Origin: Eledone cirrhosa
Taxonomy: Eukaryota
DNA length: 64,000 nucleotides
Direction of reading: 5' to 3'
NCBI GenBank assembly: GCA_964016885.1
Contig: OZ024740.1
Span: 126,232,001 to 126,296,000 of the forward strand
Shown: positions 40,981-55,587 of the stretch, in pieces
How the letters are laid out: every line of letters starts with the position of its first letter
Position numbering within the stretch: the stretch's first letter is position 1
Made by a program: the position numbers and the translations under genes
The notes under the pieces: model-generated
Told to the model about the DNA's origin: nothing
The model's input: the letters and a program-made list of their open reading frames with translations, nothing else
Databases searched by the model: none

Positions 40981-43597
40981 CCCTCTTTCTTTTAAGTTTG
41001 TGTTTATGTTTGACCAGCCACCTTCCCGGTGGCAAGGTTGCATAGAAAACGAAATTGTCGTCTCTTGACTAAGCATTCATCCTTTTAATCATAAGAAGGT
41101 TTCACAAATTTTGAAGGTTGCAGATATTTTCACCATCGCAATTAAGGAGCTACGTTTTTTTTTTGATTAAATCAAAGTTCAGTTATACGTTAGTCCAAGT
41201 GGCTTGGATTATAACTTGTAACTGCAATAATCGTTTCTTATAACTTGTAACTGCAATAATAATGGACATGAAGCTCAGCGTATATCTTGGATAATGGATC
41301 TGCAAACTCCTGATCAATGATTCGTATATATCCTAATTTTCCTGTCTTTTCTTACTATATTGACATCAAGGAGACAGCTAGTTAGTATGTGTGCGTATAT
41401 TTGCATGTAAGTTTCTATGTATGCACGAATGTATGCATGTATGTATGTATACTTAAATGCATGCGTGCATGTATGTATTTTATAGGTTTTTAAATATACA
41501 TTTACACGCACACATGTATACGCACACACGCACGCCCTACCAACACACACACACACACACACATACACACATATGCGGGGGTGCGTGCGTGTATGTGCAT
41601 ACATGTGTGCGTGTAAATGTGTATTTAAAAACCTATAAAATACAACCAGAATTCTGCTACTGGTAATGACGTAAATTAATACGATAAGATCGCAAATTTA
41701 TTTAACCTGGTTGTAAGTAAAACATAATTGTTTACAGTCGGCTCAGATCCTAGAGTCATATTTTGGATAATCTTAGTTTACTGATTACAGGCTACATTGC
41801 ATCAGCTCTTTACGTCATTTTCCCCACCAGCATGAGTCTGATGGCTTGTTAGCAACTATGTTGAGATTTGATTGGAGAGCAATTTACTGAGAAGGTTTGG
41901 ACGTTACACTGTCACTAGAGAGTCTGTCTTTGCTGAGATACTTTATAGAGCGCACCAAATATATATACAGAAAATGTCATCTACGTTAATTCTCAGTGAC
42001 CTAGATGGTTGTCTGTATATTAATATAACTTATCCTATCGTTCCGATGTCTAAGTTATAAAGACAATTCATCTAATTATTTGATATTAACTGCTCCAACA
42101 TTATTGAGCAGATACAGACGGTTTTGGCTGGTATTTCCAACATCAGTATAAATGCATCGTATTGTCCTAATGCATTGAGGGGGATATTTTCATATAATAA
42201 TTTGGTTCAGCAACGAATTCTCCCCCAGATGAAAGAATTGTAATTCTCTCAGTACTCGTCATTCTAATGTCTTGGAATTATTAATGTTGTTTCTTGTATT
42301 CCAGAAACCAGGGTTGGTGAACTATATGAGTAGAACCGTATATATATATATATTAGTCTAATATATATATTTATATATATATATATAAATATACTAATAT
42401 ATATTATACTAATATATATATATTAGTTAGGTGTGTAACAACAGTTACGGATGGCACTCAATGCTGATACGAGGTCCGTTCCGTTTGTGTTGTTGGGTGA
42501 TATTCCAGAATTATGGCTGTTGTGTGCAGTGTGTAAATAGATTTCAAAGAATGGAGGTCAGTTTTGCAGCATATGTACAAACATTATTTGCATATTACAA
42601 TTGTTTCGATATCAATCATCTAAGGTACAATCGAGCTGCCGAGGCTCGACTCTCTTTTGACATCTCGTCAGATATGCAACCTTATATGTGCATCAGATTA
42701 TTGTCATATAAAACACTTGTTATGAACATTTCATAGGCATATACATATATAAACATATACGTATGGTGTTATACATGAGCAGTATTATGCATCTTAAACA
42801 AGTCAAATGTCTAAGATGTTTGCTTCTCAATCCTTTAGTCAAAATTTCTATTCAGCTGTTTCGTCTTGGCTAAATGCTTTTTTTTTTTTTTTTACATAGA
42901 CTCGGTTCTACCCATGTGTTTTGAGTGAAATTGAATAGACGTAAACTATTTGGAAACTCGTCGGATAGACAGTATCTCTTATTCTAACATCAAACTTCTT
43001 TTAATACAGTGATAAGTATATTACAATTACACGTTTCAGCGGAATACTTAGACATTTACACGTTAATTTCAGTAGCAAGCAGTTCCATTGAACATGCAAC
43101 TGGAACACTTATTGGCCAAACCGAAATATGTTCATACCAAATTGAACATAACAATTAATTATGCAAATTTTCATAGAATAATTATGTAAGAGTATCATAT
43201 GCAAAAATATGTTGGTACAAATGAGATTTCTGACTTTTTTAATGGCTCACAAACAAAAACACATTACTAATTGTTGATGAAACGACTAAAAATACTGTTA
43301 CTCGATACCATACTGATAATGATCGCATTGTCTGAGAATTGCAGCTCTTTAAATAGAATTGATTTCACCCATTCAATTCGGCAGCCCTTGAAACATGTGC
43401 AATCTCATTATGGTATGATACGACATGAGATTAACAAAGAAATCAATAGCTTTGGCTATGAAATGCCACTGTTTAGTATGTCATTCAAAAATTAGATGTT
43501 AACAGATCGCAACCTCAAACTACCTGTCTTAGACACAGAACTCTGGCTTGAAAGTAAAAAGTGTAATGTATAAAACATCCATTTGTATTACGTTAAA

Positions 43598-43748
43598 ATT
43601 CTTCTTCTTCTTCTTCTTCTTCTTCTTCTTCTTCTTCTTCTTCTTCTTCTTCTTCTTCTTCTTCTTCTTCTTCTTCTTCTTCTTCTTCTTCTTCTTCTTC
43701 TTCTTCTTCTTCTTCTTCTTTTTCTTCTTCTTCTTCTTCTTCTTCTTC
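43598..43748. repeat. (TTC)n microsatellite
   Basis: Direct reading of the sequence. Confidence 0.97.
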
Positions 43749-43900
43749 TAGCCATTTGCCCATAATATCGGAGCTGTGATCTGTGAATTCGGAGATGTAG
43801 CGTCTGTAGCATGAGTGACTCTCTGATCTCCGGTTCTACGCACTCTGTTGCATAATATTACTCTAAAACACTTCGGAGGAATACCATTTCGACCGCTTTT
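43749..43900 (-). mobile_element. Short RTE-like ORF2 C-terminal remnant
   Basis: LHLRIHRSQLRYYGQMAR resembles the RTE motif LRI.RSQLRWFGH..R. Confidence 0.5.
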
Positions 43901-44640
43901 ATTCGCTGTTGTATTCATTCGGTCATTACCCAAGATTCATGACAAAAATACCGTCGGTCAATTAATGATATACATTGATTGCCAGATAAATTAACTATTG
44001 AGATATAACAGATAAAGAAGCGACAACCAGTCCAAACCAAACACTGAGAGTGTTTTATGATTATTTCTGGCAATATTCTAACAATATGACCTTCCACAAA
44101 TATACATTATTTGTTTCAACACACGATTCCATATAAAAAATCTTGCAAAACAAATTCATATATATATATTACATTTATATATGAAAAACTATATAGTGCG
44201 TGTGTTTGTGAGTGTTTGTGTGAGCCTTATGTGATATATTTAAACTATCTCTTGAAAATTATTAGCGATAGTTATTAAATTACCTAATAAACTATAAATT
44301 CATTGTTTTATCCAATTGAAATTATAGGGACCATTTTCAACATAACACGATTTCAGAATAGGCTACAAAAAATAAAGATTAATAAAAAACGGAAACAGAT
44401 GAATGAGAATAGCCAAACTGAAATACAATATTAAATAGATACACGACTTCAGTTGATACAAAATATACGAAAATACAGAGTAAAAAAAAGTTCTAAAGAA
44501 AATCCTCGATTAATGCGATAAAAAAGAAGAAATTGTCGTATAATCAGTATTTCGAGAACAATAATAATGTCAAAGAAATCTATTTTACTGTCTATATATG
44601 TCTACTGTGAGAATAGATTGCATAGATTTTGAGTTACGAA

Positions 44641-44759
<119 letters not shown>

Positions 44760-45303
44760 CACACATTGTATGGTCGACATTAGTAAAATTAATGCGAATT
44801 TTATGTAGTTGCCTTTGCTTTATTAACCAAATAGTGACGTTTCACCTGTAATTAAACCAATCATCTGATTTCTTTATCACATGTTTCAATAAACATACAA
44901 TTTTCTAATAAAAAGAGCGACTGAAAGGAAACGGAAAAAGATGGCCACTCGCTTCACCGGAAAAAAATCACTATGGAAAAAACGGAAAAAGCAACATTAA
45001 ATGCAGGAAACTAGATTGTTGAATTCTTTTAATTTTTAAGACAATTTAGATACATAAATAATGATTTTTTTTACATCACATGATATGTAAATAATGAGAA
45101 TAATAGGGAGTAAATATTATATACTGCGCATTTGAAAAATATATTATTTTTCTTTTATATACAAAATATGTGTCAAAATCTGATAGCTACATTTGAAAAA
45201 AGATTCAGAAAAATAGAACAAGTTCTGGGTAAGTAAGACGTGAAAAGACATATGAAGTATTATAGAAAGTGAAATGTTGAGAGCAATACATATATAAATA
45301 TAT

Positions 45304-46706
45304 ACTTAGGGTAAATATTGATGCAATTCAATTCAAGCACTCAACCTATTTATTCCACATAGGAGTGACGGAGTAAATATCGAATAAGGAAAAGCGAAGT
45401 AGTTTCAGATGTTCAAGTCTTTTAATAATATGCTGTGATATATATTTCAATGGCGACAGTGGCCACACTGTTCCGTGCGCCAGTGCCGCGACATCGTCAG
45501 ACAGCTTGTTACATAATGAGTTTATGTTTCCGAGGCAATCCAAATTGAATCGACATGGGACCGGACGAAGTGTGTGCTCTTGGGTTCTTCATCCGTTCCC
45601 TTGGGACTATCAATTCACCCCCACCAGTCTGCGCAGGCGCTGTTCCGAAGGAAGTTGACGATTAGCTACCGCAGATTTCAACGAAATTCGCCTAGTCAGT
45701 TTCCCCTCTGAGTCAAACGATGACCCATTCACGCCTGTTATATATAGCTTACTGCTAGCCACCCCGTCTGTGGCAGTCAGCCGAAAGCCAGTTGGGATGG
45801 GAGAGTGTTAGTATCAATAGGTCTCAATACTACCCCTCATTAAGCATGGACAGTATAATTGACCATCCACCTCTAAGAGAAAATATACTTAATTCTAGGT
45901 ATCATTGTTTCACAGTGGAAGTTATGAATGAGTGTTGGAAATTAGAACTAAAAATTAAAAATTAAAAATTAAAAATCAAAAATCAGAAATCAAATATTAA
46001 AAATTAAAAATTAAAAATTAATAATTAAAAATTTAAAAAATTACAAGTCAGAATCTAGATTGAGGTGAGTAAAAATATAGATTGAAGTGAGTAAATAATA
46101 TATGCACCTATACTATCTACTACGTAGGGAGATGTTTAAGTAAGAAGTTTTGAAAGGAGTTTTAATGTTACAGTTATGTTATCTACATACTGAACGATAT
46201 TACCGTACAGTAGAACGGAAGGTAAATTACAGTATGAAAGGTAGTAGTTAGGCGGGTACATAGTTAGAATTTCCATCACATGGAACAAAACAAAAAAAAC
46301 ACATATATAAAGTACACAAAAGAAAAAAAACACACAAAAAATATCCAATGATTGCAAAAAACTCATACAGTACATATATGCAAAATGAGATAGGAGATAC
46401 ATGATTAATATTGTCAATTTGTCCATATATAGATTCAATTGAGGGGGCTTCTGTTCAAATGCAATTTAGTGCAGGAAAATAGTGGTTTATCGATGTTTTT
46501 GTTTCCGCGTATTTATTCTGCCGAAAGTTATTTTTATGTCCATCCAATAAAAGGAAACATAACCTTATTATGTAACAAGCTGTCTGCCAATGTCGCGGCA
46601 CTGGCACTGGCGCACGGAACAGTGTGGCCACTGTCGCCATTGAAATATATATCACAGCATATTATTAAAAGACTTGAACATCTGAAACTACTTCGCTTTC
46701 CCTTAT
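45304..46706 (+). mobile_element. PLE remnant with inverted pseudo-LTR arms
   Basis: ~45384-45530 is the reverse complement of ~46552-46706, and both arms carry the HHR. The left arm has the longer tail, and the right arm stops at a (TC)/(TA) tract. Confidence 0.75.
45432..45505 (-). ncRNA. Minimal hammerhead ribozyme
   Basis: Minus strand: gctgt CTGACGA tgtcgcggcac..gtcgccatt GAAA tatata TC acagc. The sense-arm copy at 46579-46658 has a mutated core (ctgccaa). Confidence 0.75.
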
Positions 46707-46710
46707 TCTC

Positions 46711-46810
<100 letters not shown>

Positions 46811-46892
46811 AATATATATATATATATGTGTGTGTGTGTATGTGTGTGTGGGTGTGTCTGTATGTTTCTGTGTACAAATATATGTATACCGT

Positions 46893-46944
<52 letters not shown>

Positions 46945-48559
46945 ACTGATATTTTTAACCAAACTACAATGTATCTTATTCCTAAGAAAATCAAAGGTTC
47001 TGATCCAACCAAATAACCGGTGTATCGCTTCAAATTCTGATGTATAAAAATTAATGGAGACATTCTTAAATGGCCACATACTTAATCAACTTCTATCACT
47101 AACCCTCACGAATGATAACCATTACAACTCTCATAAATCTCTTAACTTAACTGCCACTAGAGTAAAATGTGTATTTAAACAGGTAGCTTATGATCTCCTT
47201 CGTTAGTTCGATTAAATAACGTTTTTGTTTTTGATCCTAGAATACAAATCTTATTCTATGGCCGTTATTATTATTGCATCAGTCTTTACGTCTACCTGAT
47301 GTATCTAACGAATTGTAACTAGTTTACATATTTATATGTGTGTATTGTAGTATATACAGACTTAGAAACACCGCTAACATGGCAGAAATTACTTATGTAA
47401 AACTAATTGCCACGAATGCTTCAAATATTTAAATCACTATAATTGGTTTATGATAGTGGCTGGCCGCCTAAATTAACCACTGGTTTTATAATTTTCGTGT
47501 GTCCATATCTAAATTTAAACATCCCGTAATAATTTTAATTTGTTGTAAAAAACACTAGTTTACTACTGAGAGAGATATATCTCTAAATCTTCCACATTCT
47601 TGGTTATTTTCTGAATCACAGGCAGTGTATTTCATCGGGGATATGGTAACGAATGTGCATAACAAAGATGGACACAAGTTCGTGATTTTCCTGTGATTTT
47701 TTTTACACATACAGTATTGGTTAAAATGTATGCATATATACTATAACATATACATACGTACAAACAGACATACATTCTTACTTAAAATTGTAACAGTTGT
47801 GGTCAGTCTGATACTCGTACCTCAGAAATTACTGCTTCTATGACAGCAACATACATTATATTGGCAACGTTGTGGTACAGAATGCGGAAAGATAACATAC
47901 AGTTATTACCAGATAAGTGTTTAAACATTACAAACAGTGTAACATATCTATATAAACGTTTCATATATTAATAAGACAAGTTATATTTCAAAACAATTCA
48001 CAAAATATGAACTTTTAAATATAATTGCAAAATCAAAACCATGCAGAAAGGAAATAGAACCCACGCCGTGAATAAAGTTAAATTTATTCCTGACAATACA
48101 ATGTCGAAAAGAATAAAAAAATATCATCGTCTATTTTGAAAAATAAATACAATAGCAGTGAATACATAAAATCATCAGGGCTTAACTTACAAGTCTACTT
48201 CGACCAACATGCGATGATAATCTTTGTCTACAATATAGCTACACTCTTAACAAAGATATGAAGCATATATGCTATCTGAACCGCAGAAAATCAGTTTTAT
48301 GCTCTGGAAAAACTTTTTTTGAATTTCAAACCCATACAACTATATATTACCCCAAAACATTTAAATGAACAAGCACAACGTATGCAAATCGATGCATTTA
48401 TCGGAACACTCTGATTAAAAGCAGGCTTGCATTACAAAGCCAAACATTCAAGGCAATCATCCCACTTCGACTGATGGACCGACAGTACACTCAGATAAAT
48501 CTAACAGTAAAAATACAGACCAACAATTTAACTGAAAACCATACTCTTCTGTACAAAGA

Positions 48560-49420
48560 GAAAAACACAAAAAATCAAAGGTTTACCTTACAAGTAATCT
48601 GGTATTATATATTGCAACAGGCTCACAAGCTTGATTTGAGTGACAGGTATCATGCTTGAGGAATATAGCCAATCAACATCATCATTGATGTTGAAGTTTT
48701 CAGTAACACTGAACAAAATCAGTATAAAATAAAGAACTCTGTAAATTAGAGACACATTTTGAAGACAGTAAATTTGACTGTATTCTGTCTGCACTTTGCA
48801 TTTAGCCTAAGTCTCACAACAACTGCTAGATGCTGTCGAACACCTGACCATGACTTAGTACACCACCTTTTTCCTTAGGGGTGAAAAACAACAAACTGAG
48901 TAAGATAGCATCCACTATCAAAACACCATATTTCAGGTTATCGACGACCTGAAATTGTATTGGCCAAATATTAACCATATACAAATATTGAACCTTAAAT
49001 GAAATTTGATGAGTCCAAATGTGCATTTTTTCAATAAAACGTAGACAAAATGTGCTTGCCTCTAAAAACCTAAAGATGAGGCCTTGACGATACTACATCT
49101 ATAGTTAGATGACGGTTGTAGTTTTCTTGGAGAAAATGAGAATGTCGGATATTATGGGCCCAAAATAAGGAGAGGAGCAGGAGTGAATACCCCCAGAAGT
49201 ATGAAGAAAATATGATCAGTAGAATTCTCATCATAAAGTAATCCCATAGTACATTTGTAGACGTCCTAACAGCGGCATTTGGCCTGGTGAAAAGGTCAAT
49301 GCAAGAGCATGCAAAATCAGAGTGAAGTGGATATAAGGACTCGCAAGTTGTTCAGTGATACTGAAAACTTCAACATCAATGGTGATATTGATAGGCTATA
49401 TCCTCAAGCAAGGAGAGTAA
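48560..49420. mobile_element. Old R4/Dong-like RT remnant with an internal inversion
   Basis: 49100-49420 resembles ~60875-61185. 48653-48716 is an inverted copy of 49348-49410. The minus strand gives VFDSI. Confidence 0.5.
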
Positions 49421-49685
49421 CCGATGCCTAAAATCCATATTAACATCATACGGAACCGGGATAATAAACAAACGCAGCATCTTCAGCAGAAGAAGCAGGT
49501 AATGAGCTAAAAATGATCGCGATATCTAGAAACTTCAACATTTGTAAATTATTCTTAAGATTCAAAGTATGAACGCTTACTCAAGACACGGAGAAAATTT
49601 CTTTTCCTTAGAATGATTCCAACGGGAAGGTGGCTGGACAAAATAAAAGAAAGTGATAATAACATATATAACATGCATATATATA

Positions 49686-50268
49686 CTAGCAGTGGTACCC
49701 GGCGTTGCACGGGATAAGGTATTTTGGAACGCGAGCCGCCAACAGACCTAATCGTGGAAAAACTGCATGCCTGGACAATATGTAAAGAAAATAAACCGAA
49801 TACTCTGATGGCTGGATAATCTTTATGATTTTCCTCGATGAAGCAGGAAAAATGCAGGTTTTCATCTAATGCGGGCTCTATGGGATCAAGAAAATGAATG
49901 TTTTTATGTGCATAATATGCCTTGAAATTTCGGGAAAATCGGCTAGACGTAACGCCTCAAAAAAGCACTAAAAAGCTGAAAAAATGAAGTTTTTCACCTA
50001 ATGCACCCCTAGGTCATAACAAAGTTAGATTTTCTTTGCTCACGATATGAAGAAGAGACTGACTAATACATAGTTAAAATTTCAAGGAATTCGTAACGCC
50101 TAAAAACACCATAAAAAGCTTAAACAACGCAGTTTGTCACCTAATGCGGTCCCTAGGGGATAAACAAGTTGAGATTTTATGCGCATAACACTCACTGAAA
50201 CATAAGTGATCACATGTAAATTTTGAAAACAACCGGTTGGGAACTTCTAGAGTTTTAAGGATTCAACA

Positions 50269-50324
<56 letters not shown>

Positions 50325-50336
50325 ACACACACACAT

Positions 50337-50384
<48 letters not shown>

Positions 50385-50431
50385 ACACACACACACACAC
50401 ACACACATCTTTAGTTTTATATATATATAGA
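49686..50431 (-). mobile_element. Non-autonomous Helitron
   Basis: Minus-strand 5' TCTATATATATAT..AAAA then (TG)n. The 3' end is hairpin cccgtgcaacgccggg followed by CTAG, inserted between A and T. It contains internal repeated units (tcacctaatgc, gtaacgcct). Confidence 0.8.
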
Positions 50432-51246
50432 TCTATTGGGTTTTAACTTACATTCCCGCCGTTATTTATAACAACGGCGGAAATGTATGTTACAATATAT
50501 ATACACACACATCTTTAACAAAGAACGAAATGATAAATATAATACATGTTTATAGCTTGACAATAGTTTCTCCACAAAAACCATTATTGCAAAATAAATA
50601 GATATTGCAGAGACCTCTTTGCTCTTCATTATTTTTATTATCCTCCGCGTTCGTAATTTGCTTTATATCAGATACTACTGGGTTCCTAAAGTTACACCAA
50701 GTGCACCCCACAATATCTAGTATATTTAACGTCACTTTGCGTGGTGAATGTGGATTACTCTCAGGTTATTGTTATTTTTCTAATAAAGAAGGAGTGTGCG
50801 TCCGTGAAACATATACACCAGTCCCTAACAGAAAGGAACCAAACTCCCCCTGTCACTGTCTCCGTCCCTCCCGCAGACCCCATCTCTCACTACTATGAGC
50901 AAATGGGGGCCCACAAGCTGGCCACCCCGCGGCTTCGGCGGACTGAATAGTGAAGTCGTTTCCCTGGAGGATGGTGAGGGAGACGCGCTGGAAGAGTCAG
51001 TCCAGCTCACACCTGCCTGTAGCCAGCACTGTGCCGATGGTGGTGAGTAGGGAGGTGGCCCTAGCGCCAAGGACACGAAAAAGTCTCCACTGTTACGAGC
51101 TCAACCGCAAAACGGTCGCAGAGCTACCGATGTTCGGAGAGTTTACCTCCTTCGACTCAAAGTGAAGCAGAACCTGGATTAGTCGATTATATTTATTTTA
51201 ACTTAACGATCTGCTAGACGATGACACATATACACACACACACACA

Positions 51247-51330
<84 letters not shown>

Positions 51331-51334
51331 TATA

Positions 51335-51365
<31 letters not shown>

Positions 51366-51442
51366 ATGCATTAGGGTTCTTACATATTTGATATATATTT
51401 ACCCTAATCGAGCCCACTTTGGATTTTAGTCTTCACATTTAT

Positions 51443-51526
<84 letters not shown>

Positions 51527-51681
51527 TATACATATATATTGTTGTTGTTAATGAAATTTTAGTTTAAATATTTTTTATTATGGCTAAGTGATGAAACTTG
51601 TTACTCGGGAGCTTCTCATATACGCTCGCACATACATCATACACAAACATATTAGCACGTGTGTTGCTACTGCTAATTAAT

Positions 51682-51721
51682 TGTTTCTACTTTAGGCACA
51701 AGGCCAGCAATTACCCAGTGC
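51682..51721 (-). mobile_element. 5'-truncated SINE tail with 13-bp TSD
   Basis: Reverse complement of gcactgggtaattgctggccttgtgcctaaagtagaaaca. TSD actgctaattaat at 51669-51681 and 51722-51734. Confidence 0.85.
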
Positions 51722-51825
51722 ACTGCTAATTAATATCACTCTGTCAGCCCCTAATAATAGGAAAATGAGCAACTTATTCGATGTAATATACACAGAAATA
51801 AATCATTGTATGATGTTCTCACGTG

Positions 51826-51942
<117 letters not shown>

Positions 51943-52049
51943 ACTCTCTCTGTGCATGTCTGGATCTTGTTACATATGTGGATCTAAATGATTTGAGTTA
52001 TATATGGACGCTTTTATGTTTCTGTATCTATATGTGTGTTTATGTAGTT

Positions 52050-53040
52050 AATACATGCTGAATTTCTGAAATATTTCACATATTTTTATATTTACAATAA
52101 CGAATTGTTCTTGCAACTTCGTAACTAGCGGTGCTGTTTCTGGTTCTGTGAGATCTAAATTCTGAGGATTTGTACTTAGGCTATTTGTAACATCCAATTG
52201 CTGCAATCGTTGTGTGAGAGAAATATAGCAGCCGTTTTGTGTGAGAACTCTCTGGAATTCCACAGTGCTGGTACGTCTGTCACTACCCTCACTGAATCTG
52301 TTGCGTATGTAGATCTCATTTAGTTTATAGGCAATTTTGACTCTGCGGGGGGAGGCAGTGTCATGGTGACAAACATGTCTGCAGATTTCCTTTTTTTTTT
52401 AGAATTTGGTGTATATATGGATCCCTGATTTGTGACTGTTAGAGTAAAATCGAGTAAACCGGGGGATCCTGTTGTGTGTGGCTGTTCAATCTCAAAATTT
52501 GTACATGCAAATTTTGACGGCTTCTTCACGTGATGAAGGGAGCATAAGTATATCATCCACATAGCTGAACAAGGAGTAAGAGCTGAGGGCTCCACTTAGT
52601 CCAAGTACGTGACGGCCAGCAGGTTTGAATCGTGGATGTCAGCAACAGTGATCCCATAGAAACTGAGGTCTCTAGTGGCAATAAGGCTGTGCGTAATGAA
52701 GTCGATGGTCATGGAGGCAAGGACAGAGTTGTAGAAGGAACATAGATCTAAACTAAATGGCTATCCATTGTGTCTAAGTGGGTTAAGTTATTTAAGTCTG
52801 TTGATTCATTCTTGAGATCTGCCTTCGTGTACTAGGAAAGTGTGAAGAGGAGGTTTGAGAAGGATAGTGATAATTCAAGATAGTTTGTAGAAAGGACCGT
52901 TTAAGAATGAAAATAATTGGTCTAATTTTAACCTTGGACCCTGTTGTGGGTTTTTAATAAGATGGTAGAAGGTGCAGAGTTTTCTTGGTGCACTCGTGTT
53001 GAAAATAAAGCTTTTCAGGCGCCATCAGTTTTGGCTGTCT
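52050..53040 (-). mobile_element. Decayed Penelope-like RT fragment
   Basis: Minus strand across frames: GPFYKLS..ILLKPL, SLDLCSFYNSV (motif A), FSYVDDIL (motif C), LLDFTLTV. Confidence 0.7.
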
Positions 53041-53160
53041 GAAGACAACTCTATTCACAAACAAACACACACACACACATATATATACATACACACACAC
53101 ACATATATATAGGTATATATATATATATATTTATATATATAAATATATATATATATATAT

Positions 53161-54060
53161 AGTATTAGTTATACTATTTATGGTTATGTAAATACAAAAC
53201 CTTATGCAGTTATAAGTATTTTACACACACCCTAAATAGTGGTAGGCAGTAATGTATTACTACCTTATTACCAGTAAGTTAAGTAGCTCAATGTAAAAAC
53301 ATCAGATGATTTACAGAGCAGTTATATGAAATATAAGAATCAAAGAACTGTTCAAAACATTATTGTGCTTACAGCTGTTTCCTCCAAACCGAGGTTTGCA
53401 TTCTTCGGAGCAATTTATTAATTCATGGACAGTTATATGACCTCCTTTTCAGCCGAGAGACATACCGATACATATTCAAACATTGATACATATTCAAACA
53501 TTGTGGGTCAACATTCATTACAGAATTTAGAGTGGCAGTACACCCTTCGAGATTACATTTATATTAAGAGGTACAATCAAAAATCAAAAATACAGGTTAA
53601 AATACAACATGAAGATAAGCGGTTATATAGTGCAAATGTTATATGTGTGGCACGCATGTGCGTCTTGTTTATATAGTGTGGCAGAGAGATATGTGTGGTA
53701 GAGGCACTTAGGTAGGTAAACAAGAGTGTTAGGTTGGTAGATCTGGTGGCAAATTCTTTATATGATTGATATAGTCTGTGTGTGGAGAAATGTTATAAGC
53801 ATTAAAAATAGTAGCAAGCAACCATAGCAACGGCAGTAACAATAGAAATAACAATAGTATAAGTAATAACACCAGGGTTGTCAACCCGAACGCCCAAAAT
53901 CCTATAGCTACCACACAGACTTCCGCACTGCATTATAACCAGCGGACTAACGCACAGGATAATTGTAACTGTAGAGCTAATAGACCCTGCCCTTTAGATA
54001 AAAAATGCCTAACCAAGGATATCATATACTCATGCACCGTCACGACTAACAACTCTTCAG
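53161..54060. mobile_element. Second insertion of the 25959-29274 PLE family: antisense pLTR joined to an internal sense ORF fragment
   Basis: 53161-~53812 is the antisense 3' region, with the same start point as 25959 and an HHR at ~53386-53412 on the minus strand (partial span). 53811-54060 matches 27191-27440 in the sense orientation. TA-flanked. Confidence 0.92.
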
Positions 54061-54614
54061 ATAGATATATATGTATATGTATGTATATACACATAGACTA
54101 GAGTATGTATGTGTATATGTGTGTGTCTATACGTGTGTATATAAAGATAAGTTGAGTATGAAAATGTACACACATGAACGCGTATGTATGTACATGAATA
54201 CATGTGTGTATATACATATGTATGCATGTGTATATGTATGTAAGTATGAACATGTTACTATGTGAATGTGAGTATAGGTATTTTGTAGAGGGGTGCAAAT
54301 ATGTTTGTGTGAGAATGCGTGGGTGAAAGGATACGTACACTGGAAAGAAAAAAATTTAAGTCTGAATGTTAATTAAGTGCAAACACAAAACCAACCATGC
54401 ATATCTTTACTATCTCTAATCCCGCTATAGATTTAGAAAAATAACCAATAATATATTCTATAAAAATGTCAAAACAACAGATGGGAATATAATTACTCAC
54501 TGCCACCAAAAATTCTCACTGCTATCAAAAAACCACTCCCTCAACTATTCTTCTAACAACTTCACCCCTCTCTCCTAATATTCTCTATAAAAACCAAACA
54601 AGTCCTCAGTAATA

Positions 54615-54735
54615 TTATTCTGATGAAATGACAGTAAATAATAACATTGAAATATTGATTGTCTGCATAACTAATACTTTGTGGATAGCAGCTGTTTTCA
54701 GGTTATGTAACTGTTATAGAAACACGTGTCAATAA
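54615..54735 (+). ncRNA. Hammerhead ribozyme with an extended stem II
   Basis: ttatt CTGATGA aatgacagt..(~70 nt)..actgttata GAAA cacgtg TC aataa. A ~150-nt tail follows, then (TA)n. Confidence 0.8.
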
Positions 54736-54882
54736 ATTCCTTTCAACTAAACTGTATCCATTCAAATCTTTCTATTTTTCTCCGGATTACTTTTGGAATT
54801 TCAACTGGAACCGTCGAGCAAACTCTACGTGAGCTGTCAATCTACTGTGTGTAATATTTATATTACAACACAACGGAAAATA

Positions 54883-55061
<179 letters not shown>

Positions 55062-55189
55062 GAACACTGGAAGGTAATATCCGTAGTGGTAGAGTACTCA
55101 GTCCATGGGACCTGTCAGGTAGAAGTGGTAAGACAACAGTTAGTTCATATATATTTACAAATATTTATATATATATACATATATATTAG

Positions 55190-55222
<33 letters not shown>

Positions 55223-55253
55223 CACACACACACGCACACATACATATATATAT

Positions 55254-55587
55254 ACCCAGTGTCATGAACTCATCAGACAGCTTCATTACATAAAGTTACG
55301 TTCTCGAGTCTTTCCAAACTAAAACGACAAGGGAACAGAAAAAGATGATGATTTTGAGTTTGATAGACTCAAGAACGTAAACTTATTATGTAATGAAGCT
55401 GTCTGATGAGATCATGACACAGGTTATGCGAAATCGCATGGTCACGGTCTTCATAGAAATATGTATCACATCCTTCTCAATAAAGGAAATTCCCTTCTGC
55501 AACTACTTCAGATTGTCTTATTCTAAATAAACTCCGTCATTCCTATGTGGGGAAAAAAGTACGTGGAATCCTGGAATTCAATTGCAT

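Noticed and set aside
51385-51440. Minus-strand TGAAGA..TAAATATATATC HHR-like trace between TA tracts
   Set aside because: Both core halves are mutated and the motif is too degenerate to support.
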